Numbered from the stretch's first letter, positions 51,888-62,342 are shown. The stretch is DNA of 64,000 nucleotides from an uncultured Gammaproteobacteria bacterium (GCA_964196225.1 CAXMSP010000009.1:13571-77570), one strand, 5' to 3'. A program made the numbers and translations. Notes: a model not told the origin generated them from the letters alone.

Positions 51888-52544
51888 TTACTGCTGCGCC
51901 AGTTCTTCCGCGACAAGAAAGTTCATGATTTGAATCATGCGCTCGTTACTTCCAGCCAGAGACGCCGATACCAGATACTTGCCATTGACAATAACCGCGG
52001 GTACGCCACGATGGCCATAGCGCTTTTCCTTTTGAATATTTTTTCGAATCTGGGTTTCAACCGGGAATGAAAAATAGTTTTCTCTAAACAGTTTTTCATC
52101 GAGCCCCAGGCTCACGGCAAACTCGGCGAGCGTATCGAGGCTGGTTAATCGCTCGCGCTTGAGGTGTATTGCATCAAACAAGGCTTTATGTGTCTGATCC
52201 AGCGCGCTCATCATCTTAAAAGCATAATAAGCACGCGCATGCTCCGTCCACCGCGGATTGAGGGACGATGGAACCTGCTCAAATATAACACCATCAGGTA
52301 GGCCCGCAGACCAGCGTTCTACATAAGGCTCGAAACGAAAGCAGTGCGGGCAGCCATACCAGAAAATTTCGGTGACCACTATCTTATCGGGTTGCGATGT
52401 TTTAACCGCCGGCGTAACCAGCTGGTAATCGGTACCCTCTGCGAAAGTCATCTGCTGCGCAGCAGCGTTGCCTGAAATTAACAGCAACACGGCGAAACTC
52501 ATCAGCCAGCGCTTAATCATTGTGTTTCTCCTGGAAAAAATCAT
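51888..52544 (-). CDS. dsbA: thiol:disulfide interchange protein DsbA
   Basis: 218 aa with a signal peptide and the thioredoxin-fold active site WYGCPHCF. Confidence 0.92.
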   Translation of the reverse strand: MIFSRRNTMIKRWLMSFAVLLLISGNAAAQQMTFAEGTDYQLVTPAVKTSQPDKIVVTEIFWYGCPHCFRFEPYVERWSAGLPDGVIFEQVPSSLNPRWTEHARAYYAFKMMSALDQTHKALFDAIHLKRERLTSLDTLAEFAVSLGLDEKLFRENYFSFPVETQIRKNIQKEKRYGHRGVPAVIVNGKYLVSASLAGSNERMIQIMNFLVAEELAQQ

Positions 52545-52635
52545 TCATCTAGAGACAGCGTTGTTCTCGATTAGTTTAGTCGTGAATTTATATCGAGCCG
52601 GGTTAATGGCCGCTGAACGTAGACATTAGCCCGAT

Positions 52636-53244
52636 TTACTGGATACCTGCTATGTAGGCCGCAACTGCCTTCATTTCCTCATCTGACATACGTACCACGA
52701 CGTTGCGCATCATTTTGCCAGTATCGTTGGCGCGTGTTCCCTGCTTGAAGTTCTGTAACTGAGTAACCAGGTACTCGGGATGCTGGCCCTTGAGTGACGG
52801 CCAGCCAGCGGGGCCGTTACCCACGCCGCTCGGCGCATGACAGCCCATACAGGCGGCCACTTTGGTTTCAGTAATACCACCTCGATAAATACTTTCGCCA
52901 GTTTCAATCCTGTCCCCATCGAAAGCCATCGCTTTAGGTTGCTGGCTTTCATAGAAAGCCGCGAGGTTCTTCATGTCCTCGTCATTTAACAGCGCCACCA
53001 TGCCGGTCATCGAGGCATTGTTACGACGTCCGGCCTTGAAATCCGCTAGCTGCTTGTATATGTAACTGGCATGCTGGCCGGCAAGCGATGGCCAGGCTCC
53101 ATTGGTACTGTTTCCGTCCGCTCCGTGGCAAGCGGAACACACGGCGCTCTTAGTTTTACCAGCTTCGATATCACCGGCATTCGCGGCGAATGACACCAGG
53201 CCGGACAAGGCCAAAATCATGGCTCCAATTTGGCTCGCTTTCAT
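52636..53244 (-). CDS. dihaem cytochrome c4
   Basis: 202 aa with a signal peptide and two CxxCH motifs (CSACH, CMGCH), each with a downstream Met ligand region. Confidence 0.9.
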   Translation of the reverse strand: MKASQIGAMILALSGLVSFAANAGDIEAGKTKSAVCSACHGADGNSTNGAWPSLAGQHASYIYKQLADFKAGRRNNASMTGMVALLNDEDMKNLAAFYESQQPKAMAFDGDRIETGESIYRGGITETKVAACMGCHAPSGVGNGPAGWPSLKGQHPEYLVTQLQNFKQGTRANDTGKMMRNVVVRMSDEEMKAVAAYIAGIQ

Positions 53245-53334
53245 TATTTCTCCAGGGGGAAAATGGTCGGAAATTTTGGGCGCAAATGTATATCATACCC
53301 GGGCCACACGTTCAACACTAACCCAATCGATATA

Positions 53335-53940
53335 ATGAGTATTTCTTTCAAACAGGCAAAATTTACCACCAGCGCATTCGAGCTTTCGCAGCTGCTTCCA
53401 GACGAGGGAGCCGAAGTGGCGTTCGCCGGTCGCTCTAACTCGGGCAAATCGAGCGCGATAAACTGCCTGGTGCGCCAAAAGGGTTTGTGTAAAACCAGCA
53501 AGACCCCTGGGCGTACGCAGTTGATTAACTTCTTTGAATTCGATCAAGACCGACGCCTGGTTGATTTACCTGGTTATGGCTTCGCCAAAGTATCAAAGCA
53601 AATGCGAAATCATTGGGATCAGGTGCTGACGGCTTTCCTGTTGGAGCGCCAGTCCCTGAAAGGTCTGGTTATAGTGGTTGATATTCGCCGCGGCATCGGC
53701 GATCTCGATCGGGGTCTTATCAGTATGATAGGCGGCAGCTTGCCGCTGCATATCCTGCTCACCAAGTCAGATAAGCTGTCACGATCAGCGACTCTCAAAG
53801 CGATATCGGCCACCGAGGGGCAACTGTCCGGCCCGAACCAAAGTGTCTCCCCGCTATCGATCCTGAGCCGCCAGGGGCTTGAATCTCTCGAGCAAATATG
53901 CGGCAAATGGCTCACGTTTGACTCAGATGAATCCGGTTAA
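53335..53940 (+). CDS. engB: ribosome biogenesis GTP-binding protein EngB/YihA
   Basis: G1 GRSNSGKSS, G3 DLPGYG, G4 TKSDK. The ATG at 53335 is preferred; the longer ORF from 53230 would overlap cytochrome c4. Confidence 0.93.
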   Translation: MSISFKQAKFTTSAFELSQLLPDEGAEVAFAGRSNSGKSSAINCLVRQKGLCKTSKTPGRTQLINFFEFDQDRRLVDLPGYGFAKVSKQMRNHWDQVLTAFLLERQSLKGLVIVVDIRRGIGDLDRGLISMIGGSLPLHILLTKSDKLSRSATLKAISATEGQLSGPNQSVSPLSILSRQGLESLEQICGKWLTFDSDESG

Positions 53941-53958
53941 CGCCACCAGTTTAGGAGC

Positions 53959-53989
53959 AAAAAAAAGCCCTGGCAGATAACTGCCAGGG
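53959..53989 (-). terminator. intrinsic terminator (minus strand)
   Basis: 9-bp stem ccctggcag/ctgccaggg with a 4-nt loop. Followed on the minus strand by c, then T8 (53959-53966). Confidence 0.78.
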
Positions 53990-54072
53990 ACAAACGTGTG
54001 ATCCGGATGGGGTTTCCGGATCGTTGTCCGCTCATAGGAGGGAGAACGGACTTAGCGCTGGGCTATAGCGCT
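53959..54072 (-). ncRNA. candidate ~114-nt sRNA in the polA-engB spacer (Spot 42/ErsA-position analogue)
   Basis: Minus-strand unit bounded by a sigma-E-like promoter and the terminator. It contains three further hairpins: 54053-54073, 54026-54051 and 54000-54022. The 54026-54051 hairpin has a C/U-rich anti-SD-like loop (cuccc​uccu). Confidence 0.45.
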
Positions 54073-54078
54073 AATTAA

Positions 54079-54105
54079 GTAGACATCCAACACCCTGTTT
54101 AGTTC
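54079..54105 (-). promoter_or_regulatory. sigma-E/AlgU-type promoter candidate
   Basis: On the minus strand: GAACTA (54105-54100), a 16-nt spacer, then TCTAC (54083-54079). Compare the extracytoplasmic-stress sigma consensus GAACTT-N16/17-TCTGA/TCnAA. Confidence 0.35.
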
Positions 54106-54397
54106 CATCATATTGCCTCCAAACTGGGCACTTTGGGTGTCTGTTACTCATGTCAGATGGGGGTTAATTTAGCGTTTTAAACCCCTTGATACCAATTAAT
54201 GAATTTACGCATCTGCGGGCAAATTGGATCACCATGGCGCTAAAAATTTCTCACGCTTACGGATTTTTTGTAAACAATAAAACGGCGGAGACGTCTTTAA
54301 CTACGGTCCAGCGGGATTGCGCTAGTCAATTCCCAGGCCAATGCAGTGGCCGAATTAATAAACGGGCTCGGTTAAATCCAGGGTCCGGCCAGGATTT

Positions 54398-57103
54398 CTA
54401 GTGGGCTTCGTTCCAGTTGAGCCCTACCCCGGCGTCAACTTCCAGCTTCACGGTAAGATCGGCTGCCCCGGTCATTAACCCGGCGATGGAAGCCCGACAG
54501 GAGTCGACTTCATCAACAGAAACTTCAAACACCAACTCATCGTGGACCTGCATAATCATCTTACAGTCCTGGTCACCCTTAATGAGCCAGGTCTGTACCT
54601 CGATCATTGCGCGCTTGATTATGTCCGCCGCAGTGCCCTGCATTGGTGCATTGATTGCGGTGCGCTCTGCGTATTGACGCACATTGCCATTGCGCGCATT
54701 AATATCGGGCAAATACAGCCGGCGCCCAAATACTGTCTCAACATAGCCCTGGTCGCGCGCGCGTTGCTTGGTTTCTTCCATGTAGCGTTTGACGCCGGGA
54801 TAACGCTCAAAATAGGTATCAACATACTGCTGCGCTTCATTTCGACCGATATTCAATTGCTTACCGAGACCAAATGCCGACATACCGTAAATCAGACCGA
54901 AATTGATCGCCTTGGCAGCGCGACGCTGCTCGGCGCTGACCTGCTCTAGCTCTTCCCCGAAGACCTCGGCAGCGGTTGAGCGGTGCACATCCAAACCCCT
55001 GGCGAATGCACTCAGGAGGCTTTCGTCAGCAGACAGGTGAGCCATGATGCGCAGTTCGATCTGGGAATAGTCGAGTGCCAGGATCTTATGCCCGGCAGGA
55101 GCAATGAAGGCTTCACGAATACGGCGTCCCTCGGCCGTGCGAATCGGAATATTTTGCAGGTTTGGACTGGTCGAAGACAGGCGGCCGGTGGAGGCAACCG
55201 CCTGCTGGTAAGAAGTATGCACACGCCCGGTTTTCGAGTTGATTTCCTTTGGCAGTTTATCGATATAGGTCGACATCAATTTGTTCAAACTGCGATGCTC
55301 AAGCAGAAGGGCCGGAATTTCATAGTCGACAGCAAGTTCCTCAAGCACATCTTCTGCAGTCGACGGCTGCCCTTTCGGTGTTTTGCGCAGTATCGGTAAA
55401 TCGAGCTTGTCAAACAGGATGGCCTGGATTTGCTTGGGCGAACTCAGATTAAAAACTTCACCCGCCTGCTGGTAAATCGTCTGTTCGATCTGGCTCAGCT
55501 TCTGATCGATCTCCCTGCCCTGTTTTTGCAGCATGTCTCGATCGATCAAAACGCCATTTTGTTCAACATCCAGTAATACGTCGACCAGGGGCATTTCGAT
55601 ATCGGTATATACCTGTTTGAGCTTCGGTTCCTGCTGCAGACCTGCGCTTAACGCCTGGTGCAACTGCATTGTGATATCGGCATCTTCGGCGGCATAATCG
55701 CTAGCCTGTTCAAGATCAATCAGGTCGAAGGTTTTTTGTTTGGCTCCCTTGCCGGCTATGTCTTCGTAATGAATGGTGTCGTGGTCCAGATAAAACTTTG
55801 CCAGGGCATCCATGTTGTGACGACTGGCGGTCGAGTTGAGCACATAGGATTCGAGCATGGTGTCATGGGCAATACCTCGCATCCGAATACCCTCACCAAT
55901 GAAAATATGCGCGTCATACTTGATGTTCTGACCGATTTTCCCGATTGCCGGATTCTCGAGAATCAGCTTTAGTGCGGCCAGCGTTGTCGCCTTGTCGAGC
56001 TGCGCCGGAGCATCCTCGTAGCGGTGCATTAGCGGGATGTAACAGGCCTCGCCCGCGGTCACGCACAGCGAAATGCCTACCAACTCGGCCTGCATGTAAT
56101 CGATGCTGGTAGTTTCGGTATCAATCGCAAACTCATCTGCCACGCGCAATCGCTGCAGCCATTGCTCGAAGTGATCCTGATCGAACACAGTTTCGTAGGC
56201 GGCAGAAACTATTGCGAATGCCGGTTTTACTGCTCTGTTACCACTGTCCCCTACTTCATCGTACCAGCGGGTAAATCCATACTCTCGGTAATAATCCGTA
56301 AGTGCTGCCTGGTCGGCTTCACTTTGCTCCAGGTCATCGATGCTGATGCCGGTATCACAGTCAAGCTTGATTGTCGCAAGCTCATAAGACATAGGCAGGA
56401 AACCGAGTGATTCGCGCAGGTATTCTCCAACCTTCCCCTTTATTTCATCGGCGTTATCCATTACACCTTTCAAACCACCATATTCGTCAATCCATTTGGC
56501 TGCCGTCTTTGGCCCCACTTTTGGCACGCCTGGAATATTATCTGAGCTGTCTCCCATTAGAGCCAGGTAATCTATAATCTGGTCAGCTCGCACCTGGAAT
56601 TTTTCCACCACCGCCGCTTCATCCATGAAATGATTATTCATGGTATTTATCAGGCGCACGTTTTCATTCACCAGTTGTGCCATATCCTTATCACCGGTCG
56701 AAATCAACACTTCGTATCCCTGTTCAGTCGCCTGGCGGCTCATGGTTCCGATCACATCATCCGCCTCGACACCCTCGATACTGATCAAGGGCAGTCCCTG
56801 TTTTTTTATAATCTCATGTAGCGGCTCAATTTGTACGCGCAGTTCATCCGGCATTGGTGGTCGATTAGCCTTGTATTCCGGGTAGATATCGTTGCGAAAA
56901 GTTTTTCCCTTGGCATCGAAAACAACCGCAACCCTGTCGGGCTGTTCATCCCTGATTAGCTTGCGCAGCATATTAAGTACGCCGTAAATCGCACCGGTGG
57001 GATGTCTTGTGGGACTCTCCAGTTTCGGCAGGCCATGGTAGGCACGGAACAGATAGGAACTGCCGTCAACCAGCACCAGTTTTTTTTGTTTCTCTTGATT
57101 CAT
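54398..57103 (-). CDS. polA: DNA polymerase I
   Basis: 901 aa with a 5'-3' exonuclease N-terminus, a 3'-5' exonuclease domain, and polymerase motifs (DYSQIELR, QVHDELVFE). Confidence 0.97.
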   Translation of the reverse strand: MNQEKQKKLVLVDGSSYLFRAYHGLPKLESPTRHPTGAIYGVLNMLRKLIRDEQPDRVAVVFDAKGKTFRNDIYPEYKANRPPMPDELRVQIEPLHEIIKKQGLPLISIEGVEADDVIGTMSRQATEQGYEVLISTGDKDMAQLVNENVRLINTMNNHFMDEAAVVEKFQVRADQIIDYLALMGDSSDNIPGVPKVGPKTAAKWIDEYGGLKGVMDNADEIKGKVGEYLRESLGFLPMSYELATIKLDCDTGISIDDLEQSEADQAALTDYYREYGFTRWYDEVGDSGNRAVKPAFAIVSAAYETVFDQDHFEQWLQRLRVADEFAIDTETTSIDYMQAELVGISLCVTAGEACYIPLMHRYEDAPAQLDKATTLAALKLILENPAIGKIGQNIKYDAHIFIGEGIRMRGIAHDTMLESYVLNSTASRHNMDALAKFYLDHDTIHYEDIAGKGAKQKTFDLIDLEQASDYAAEDADITMQLHQALSAGLQQEPKLKQVYTDIEMPLVDVLLDVEQNGVLIDRDMLQKQGREIDQKLSQIEQTIYQQAGEVFNLSSPKQIQAILFDKLDLPILRKTPKGQPSTAEDVLEELAVDYEIPALLLEHRSLNKLMSTYIDKLPKEINSKTGRVHTSYQQAVASTGRLSSTSPNLQNIPIRTAEGRRIREAFIAPAGHKILALDYSQIELRIMAHLSADESLLSAFARGLDVHRSTAAEVFGEELEQVSAEQRRAAKAINFGLIYGMSAFGLGKQLNIGRNEAQQYVDTYFERYPGVKRYMEETKQRARDQGYVETVFGRRLYLPDINARNGNVRQYAERTAINAPMQGTAADIIKRAMIEVQTWLIKGDQDCKMIMQVHDELVFEVSVDEVDSCRASIAGLMTGAADLTVKLEVDAGVGLNWNEAH

Positions 57104-57196
57104 GTAGATGCGCTAAAATGCCGGACCCTGATTCAGGATCATATCACAGCCGCAGCGGGGGGCTTTGCTCGTTTGCGTCTTTAACTGGCAGTATTC

Positions 57197-58162
57197 ATGT
57201 CCGTCTACACCCCCGTTGAACCAGCACAGCTTGAGCAGTTTCTGGCACGTTACCGGCTAGGAAAACTGCAGGCATTTACCGCGATTGCCAACGGTATTAC
57301 CAACACCAATTACTATCTCGACACCGAGACTGGCCATTTCGTGCTAACTCTCTATGAACACCATAGCGACGATGAGCTCGACTATATTCTGGGATTGCAG
57401 CAACACCTGGTAAACCAATCAGTACGCTGCTCCGAGCCGGTAACGGACCGGCGCGGCGATCTCTTCTCGAGCCTGAACCAGCGTCCCGCGGCAATCATCC
57501 GTCGTCTGCAGGGACAGGTACAGCCAGAACCAGAATCCCTTCATTGTGCCGTGGTAGGCGCCGAACTGGCCAGGTTCCACCTGGCGGGCCAGGATTATCC
57601 TGGCATTCGCCCCAATCCTCGTGACATCGACTGGATAATTGCAGTAACCGACATGCTTGGCACAAATCTGAATACCCGCGATCGGCAATTGATCAAAACA
57701 ACCTTGCAGGCAGCCAACCAGTTTGATCCTGGCAACCTGCCCCTGGGTGCAATTCACGCTGACCTGTTCCACGATAATGCCTTGTTTGTCGACAATGAGC
57801 TTGGCGGCATTCTCGATTTTGACTATGCCTGCAGCGGTAGCTTCGTATATGACATTGCAGTGCTTTTGAATGACTGGTGTATCGACAGCCGTGGCGACCT
57901 GGTCGACAGCCGGGTTAATGCGACACTCGAAGCCTACCAGCAGCAGCGTCGCCTGAAGACTGTAGAAATCGACGCCCTGCCGCTAATGTTGCGCATCGCT
58001 GCACTTCGTTTCTGGTTGTCCCGGCTCTACGACAAGGCTTTCCCACTCAGCGGAGAGCTGACCTTCATCAAAAGTCCCGATAGTTTCCGCGACATGCTTG
58101 TGCTGCGCAGTTCACAGCAAGATAAGACTGCAAAGCTGCTACTCCCGCACCGACAGCGGTGA
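57197..58162 (+). CDS. thrB: homoserine kinase, Pseudomonas type (APH/choline-kinase fold)
   Basis: 321 aa starting MSVYTPV...LEQFL..Y.LG.L, with a Brenner-like motif HADLFHDN. Divergent from polA as in pseudomonads. Confidence 0.85.
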   Translation: MSVYTPVEPAQLEQFLARYRLGKLQAFTAIANGITNTNYYLDTETGHFVLTLYEHHSDDELDYILGLQQHLVNQSVRCSEPVTDRRGDLFSSLNQRPAAIIRRLQGQVQPEPESLHCAVVGAELARFHLAGQDYPGIRPNPRDIDWIIAVTDMLGTNLNTRDRQLIKTTLQAANQFDPGNLPLGAIHADLFHDNALFVDNELGGILDFDYACSGSFVYDIAVLLNDWCIDSRGDLVDSRVNATLEAYQQQRRLKTVEIDALPLMLRIAALRFWLSRLYDKAFPLSGELTFIKSPDSFRDMLVLRSSQQDKTAKLLLPHRQR

Positions 58163-58206
58163 ACGGCTGAACTATACAAAATTGTGGTGGGCCCTGAAGC
58201 CGGTTT

Positions 58207-59541
58207 TTATTTTCCGATGCAGAAGGTCGAGAAAATCTTCCCCAGCAAGTCTTCACTGGTAAATTCGCCGGTGATCTCATTTAAAAATCCTTGCGCTTCG
58301 CGCAAGTCCTCAGCCATGAGCTCTCCTGAACGGTTTTCATCAAATGTGTGCGTCGCCTTCAGCACAGATTTTTGCGCTCGCAACAGTGCATCGACGTGGC
58401 GTCGCCTGGCCATAAATGCCTGATTATCCTGGTTATAGTCGGACACATCTCCGGTTATGCGTTCTATCAACAATTCCATGCCCGTGCCATCCAGGGTAGA
58501 GATATAGAGTGCTTCCGGATCACGTTGCTGATCAGCCGGGGACAAATCGGATTTGCTGAATACCAGCTGCAAGTTATCGCTTTCGAGCTCATCGATAATT
58601 TTCTGATCCGCAGGCGTTAATCCCTTGCTGGAATCGACCAGATAGATGATTATGTCCGCCTGACTGATGGTTTCCCAGGCGCGTCGAACGCCCTCGCGCT
58701 CGACCGGATTTTCGGATTCACGCAGGCCCGCGGTGTCGGTTACCTTAAGCGGGATGCCCTTAAGCGATATGTGTTCGCGTAACACGTCGCGCGTGGTGCC
58801 TTCGATTTCGGTAACAATCGCGGCCTCGTAACCGGCCAGATAATTTAGCAGGCTCGATTTACCGGCATTGGGGAGCCCCGCTATCGTTACACTTAATCCT
58901 TCCTGCAGCGTTCTACCCTGCTCAGCCTGCTCAAGCAGGCTTTGCAAATGCTGACTGCAATCTTTGAGTCGCTGGCTAATATCGCCGCTGTTCAGAAAAT
59001 CAATCTCTTCTTCGGCGAAATCGAGCGCCGCTTCAATATAAGCACGCAAATTAATGATTTCGTCGATGAGGCTGTGAACCTGCTGCGAAAACCTGCCCTC
59101 CAGCGAGCGCATCGCCGCCCTGGTTGCCGCCCGGCTGCCCGATTCGATCAAGTCAGCAATCGCCTCGGCCTGGGTTAAATCAAGTTTACCGTTAAGAAAC
59201 GCGCGTTCTGAAAACTCACCGGCCCGCGCCAGTCGCGCACCAAGCTCACAGAGTCTTTCCAGCAGCATATCGAGTACGATCGGCCCACCATGTGCCTGGA
59301 TTTCGACACAATCTTCACCACTGAAGCTATGCGGAGCCTTGAAATACAGGCACAGGCCATGGTCAAGCACCGTGCCGTCGGCATCGAGAAACTGTCGAAA
59401 TTGAATCAGACCGGGTTTTATTTTGCTTTTGCTAATGGCCTCGCCGATCGCGAGCGCCCCGGTTCCGGATAAGCGCAGGATACCAATGCCGCCCGTTCCG
59501 GGGGGCGTTGCAATTGCGGCAATGGTTTCATGCGACGGCAT
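58207..59541 (-). CDS. mnmE: tRNA uridine-5-carboxymethylaminomethyl modification GTPase MnmE
   Basis: ETIAAIATPPG N-terminus, G domain (GLPNAGKSSLLN, DTAGLR), and a C-terminal CIGK. The ATG at 59541 is preferred; the longer ORF overlaps yidC. Confidence 0.95.
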   Translation of the reverse strand: MPSHETIAAIATPPGTGGIGILRLSGTGALAIGEAISKSKIKPGLIQFRQFLDADGTVLDHGLCLYFKAPHSFSGEDCVEIQAHGGPIVLDMLLERLCELGARLARAGEFSERAFLNGKLDLTQAEAIADLIESGSRAATRAAMRSLEGRFSQQVHSLIDEIINLRAYIEAALDFAEEEIDFLNSGDISQRLKDCSQHLQSLLEQAEQGRTLQEGLSVTIAGLPNAGKSSLLNYLAGYEAAIVTEIEGTTRDVLREHISLKGIPLKVTDTAGLRESENPVEREGVRRAWETISQADIIIYLVDSSKGLTPADQKIIDELESDNLQLVFSKSDLSPADQQRDPEALYISTLDGTGMELLIERITGDVSDYNQDNQAFMARRRHVDALLRAQKSVLKATHTFDENRSGELMAEDLREAQGFLNEITGEFTSEDLLGKIFSTFCIGK

Positions 59542-59579
59542 GGTGATAATGGTGCGCTGGTTGTGAGCCGGGAACCAGC

Positions 59580-61256
59580 TTACTTGGTAGCCCCGGCTTC
59601 GATACGTTTGGTAATGACCCACTGTTGCGCAATCGACAGTGTGTTATTAATAACCCAGTACAATACCAGCCCCGAGGGAAAGAAGGCAAAGAAGATCGTA
59701 AATACGAATGGCAGAGCCATCATAATCTTGGCCTGAATCGGGTCCGGCGGCGGTGGGTTCAGACGCTGCTGAATGATCATGCTGATCCCCATCACAACCG
59801 GTAACACGTAAAAAGGATCCATCACCGACAGGTCCTTGATCCAGAATATAAAGGGTGCCTGGCGCAGGTCTACACTTTCAAGAAGCGCCCAGTAAAGTGC
59901 GATAAAAACCGGGATTTGCACCAGTATCGGCAGGCAACCGCCCATCGGATTTATTTTCTCGGTTTTATAGAGCTCCATCATCGCCTGGTTCATTTTCTGG
60001 CGATCATCACCATAACGCTCCTTGAGGGTCTTGAGGCGCGGACTTACTTTGCGCATTTTCGCCATCGAACGATAACTGGTTTCCGACAGTTTGTAGAATA
60101 CTGCCTTGACTGTCAGCGTCAGCAGGATGATCGCAACTCCCCAGTTGCCCACAAAACCGTGGTACCACGAAAGCAGCCAGTAAAGAGGCTTGGAAAGGAA
60201 AGTCAGTACCCCGTAATCGACAGTGAGTTCGAGGCCCGGCGAAATTTCCTCGAGCCGACGCACTATCTTTGGCCCTACAAACAACTGGCTGACAAATTCG
60301 CTGCTGCCGCCGACTGCGACTACACGATTGGCAGAGCGCAGGCCAACGGTGTAGGTCGACGGATTGCGCTTGGTATTGGCAATCGTATAAACCAGGTTTT
60401 TTTCGTCCTGTCCCGGTATCCATGCCGATAGAAAGTAGTGGTGGATCATTGCAATCCATCCCCCGGTGGATTCGAGTTTCAGCTGCGCATCCTCCATGTC
60501 GTCGAAATCTACTTTTTCGTACTTGGTCTCTTCGTTATAGTAAACCGAGCCGGTATAGGTATAGAGCAGACGCGAGGTTTCGAGCGGTCGTGAGCGCTGA
60601 ATCTGGCGATACTCGCTGCCCTGCCATTCCTGTGCCGAGCCGTTCTCAATCTGGTGCTTTACATCGACCAGGTAGTCACCACGCCTGAAGTGATAACTCT
60701 TGACGACTTTGATGCCGTCCTGGGTCCAGTACATAGGTACGACAAGCTCATCTTGACCATCGTCAAGTTCGTAAGCTGTCTGATCCGTACGGTAAATACT
60801 GTAGTGCGTTGGTGCCTTTTCTTCTTTATTACGCAGACCGCTTTGTACAATGTAGATCGAGTCGCTATCGCTATGGACCAGTTCCAACCAGTCGTCGGGT
60901 TGTTCCAGTGAGGTTGGATACTTTTTGAGTTTAAGCGAGCGTATTACGCCGCCCCGTGTATCGATCATTGCCTGCACAACATCGGTATCGACCCTGACCA
61001 GTTGCTGTTGCGGCAGAGTTGGTGAATCTTCCCCGGTGCTGGTGCTGGTGCCCGTTACAGTGCCTGGACTTAATTCATCGGCCTGCTCCGGCAAATCATT
61101 TCCCGGGACCCCCAGTTCGGCTATGTTGCCATCGGCGGCGGGTATAGATTCACTGCTGGAAACCGGCTGGGGACCATAGTCAATTTGCCACTGCTGCCAC
61201 ATCAACATGCCAACGAAAACCAGTGCCGCAAACAGAAAAAGTCGTGAATTATCCAT
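59580..61256 (-). CDS. yidC: membrane protein insertase YidC
   Basis: Large periplasmic P1 domain plus conserved C-terminal TM core ([11 protein letters not shown]...[13 protein letters not shown]). The ATG at 61256 (MDNSRLFLF) is preferred. Confidence 0.95.
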   Translation of the reverse strand: MDNSRLFLFAALVFVGMLMWQQWQIDYGPQPVSSSESIPAADGNIAELGVPGNDLPEQADELSPGTVTGTSTSTGEDSPTLPQQQLVRVDTDVVQAMIDTRGGVIRSLKLKKYPTSLEQPDDWLELVHSDSDSIYIVQSGLRNKEEKAPTHYSIYRTDQTAYELDDGQDELVVPMYWTQDGIKVVKSYHFRRGDYLVDVKHQIENGSAQEWQGSEYRQIQRSRPLETSRLLYTYTGSVYYNEETKYEKVDFDDMEDAQLKLESTGGWIAMIHHYFLSAWIPGQDEKNLVYTIANTKRNPSTYTVGLRSANRVVAVGGSSEFVSQLFVGPKIVRRLEEISPGLELTVDYGVLTFLSKPLYWLLSWYHGFVGNWGVAIILLTLTVKAVFYKLSETSYRSMAKMRKVSPRLKTLKERYGDDRQKMNQAMMELYKTEKINPMGGCLPILVQIPVFIALYWALLESVDLRQAPFIFWIKDLSVMDPFYVLPVVMGISMIIQQRLNPPPPDPIQAKIMMALPFVFTIFFAFFPSGLVLYWVINNTLSIAQQWVITKRIEAGATK

Positions 61257-61485
61257 GGTTATGCTCGCTGCAGGAGCCTGGAACCGGGTCATAACCCCCC
61301 TCATGCCATGGATGACAGCTGCTAACACGTTTTAATGTCAGCCAGAAGCCTTTCAGCACACCTTGCGACTCGATCGCTTCAAGCGCGTATTGGGAACAGG
61401 TGGGAGTATAACGGCAATGGCTCCCCAGCAACGGGCTCACCAGATAGCGATAGGCGTGAATCAGTATTAGCAGGGACTTTCGCAT
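61249..61485 (-). CDS. yidD: membrane protein insertion efficiency factor YidD
   Basis: 78 aa with the signature [15 protein letters not shown]...CHPW..GGYDPVP. Confidence 0.9.
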   Translation of the reverse strand: MRKSLLILIHAYRYLVSPLLGSHCRYTPTCSQYALEAIESQGVLKGFWLTLKRVSSCHPWHEGGYDPVPGSCSEHNHG

Positions 61486-61838
61486 TGTTTGATGATGCTA
61501 TTCCAGTGTTGATCCAATGTGGCTCGAAAATCTGCCGGCCGGGTTAATAATATTTCGCGTTTCACCATAATCACAATGTCACGCGCCGGCAGGCGATGCC
61601 TGTTTTTGCGAAAGTTCTCCCGCAACAACCGTTTCAGCGCATTGCGCTTCACCGCGGTTGGTACCTGTTTGCGTGCTATCGCAAACCCGATACGAGGGCA
61701 TGCACCCGTATTTTTACCAACCAGGAGCGTGATACGGTTATCGCCAATTCGAATATTGTTCTTAAAAACCTGCTGAAAATCGATTGCGCGCGTTAGTCTC
61801 AGCCGTCTTGGGAAAGACTCGCTGACACTGGCATCCAC
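61467..61838 (-). CDS. rnpA: ribonuclease P protein component
   Basis: 123 aa, basic, with an RnpA motif region ([26 protein letters not shown]). GTG start 1 nt after the rpmH stop. Confidence 0.9.
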   Translation of the reverse strand: MDASVSESFPRRLRLTRAIDFQQVFKNNIRIGDNRITLLVGKNTGACPRIGFAIARKQVPTAVKRNALKRLLRENFRKNRHRLPARDIVIMVKREILLTRPADFRATLDQHWNSIIKQCESPC

Positions 61839-61839
61839 T

Positions 61840-61974
61840 TTACGGTGTGAGGCGTGCTCTGCCTTTCGCTCTGCGGGCTCGAATTACGTCACGTCCGCCG
61901 CGGGTTTGCATACGCGCACGAAAGCCATGCGTTCTGGCACGCTTAAGATTACTGGGTTGAAATGTACGCTTCAT
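61840..61974 (-). CDS. rpmH: 50S ribosomal protein L34
   Basis: Hand-translated 44 aa: [44 protein letters not shown]. Too short for the ORF track. Confidence 0.96.
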   Translation of the reverse strand: MKRTFQPSNLKRARTHGFRARMQTRGGRDVIRARRAKGRARLTP

Positions 61975-62161
61975 ATCAAACGCCTCGGCTCTTTAGTTTG
62001 TCTATTTCAACAAGGCGCGACAATGTACTGTTAGAGTTGCGTTACGTCAATATTTAATTGAGCTTTACACCAATATTTCTGTCTTTTCGCAGTTATGGCA
62101 TCGATAGGTTATGAATTGGGCGCAAAACTTTTATTTTTTTGTTCGCGCCTCTTGCTAGGGC

Positions 62162-62170
62162 TGTGGATAA
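62162..62170. promoter_or_regulatory. consensus DnaA box in the dnaA promoter region
   Basis: tgtggataa is the reverse complement of TTATCCACA. It is immediately followed by gtataat (a -10-like hexamer). Confidence 0.65.
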
Positions 62171-62342
62171 GTATAATATTATGCCTTACCGGCCGAGCTC
62201 CTAAAATTACCGAAATAGCGGTTAATACAGCCGAAAAAACCATTTTTTGGGGTTTTTCCCCGGCCTACGCATCACGTTGGCCCTGGGTCTGACCACCTAT
62301 TCCGTCCACTTTGGTGCGTGAATATAAACAAACGGGGACGTT

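Noticed and set aside
54052-54111. 19-codon minus-strand mini-ORF (MMELNRVLDVYLISAIAQR) preceded by GGAGG
   Set aside because: It overlaps the sigma-E-like promoter and the first hairpin of the sRNA candidate. The SD spacing is short (4 nt) and the peptide has no recognisable toxin or leader features. It is kept only as an alternative explanation to be tested by ribosome profiling.
54186-54401. 71-aa plus-strand TTG-start ORF in the polA 3' flank
   Set aside because: It has no SD and a non-ATG start, runs into the polA stop codon on the opposite strand, and its composition is not protein-like.
58207-61328. Longest-ORF starts of mnmE (59622) and yidC (61328)
   Set aside because: The extensions overlap the upstream genes and precede the conserved N-termini ([24 protein letters not shown]). 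Internal ATGs at 59541 and 61256 were chosen instead.
62095-62292. 65-aa plus-strand ORF in the rpmH-dnaA spacer
   Set aside because: It lies across the dnaA promoter and DnaA box, with no SD and a hydrophobic low-complexity translation.
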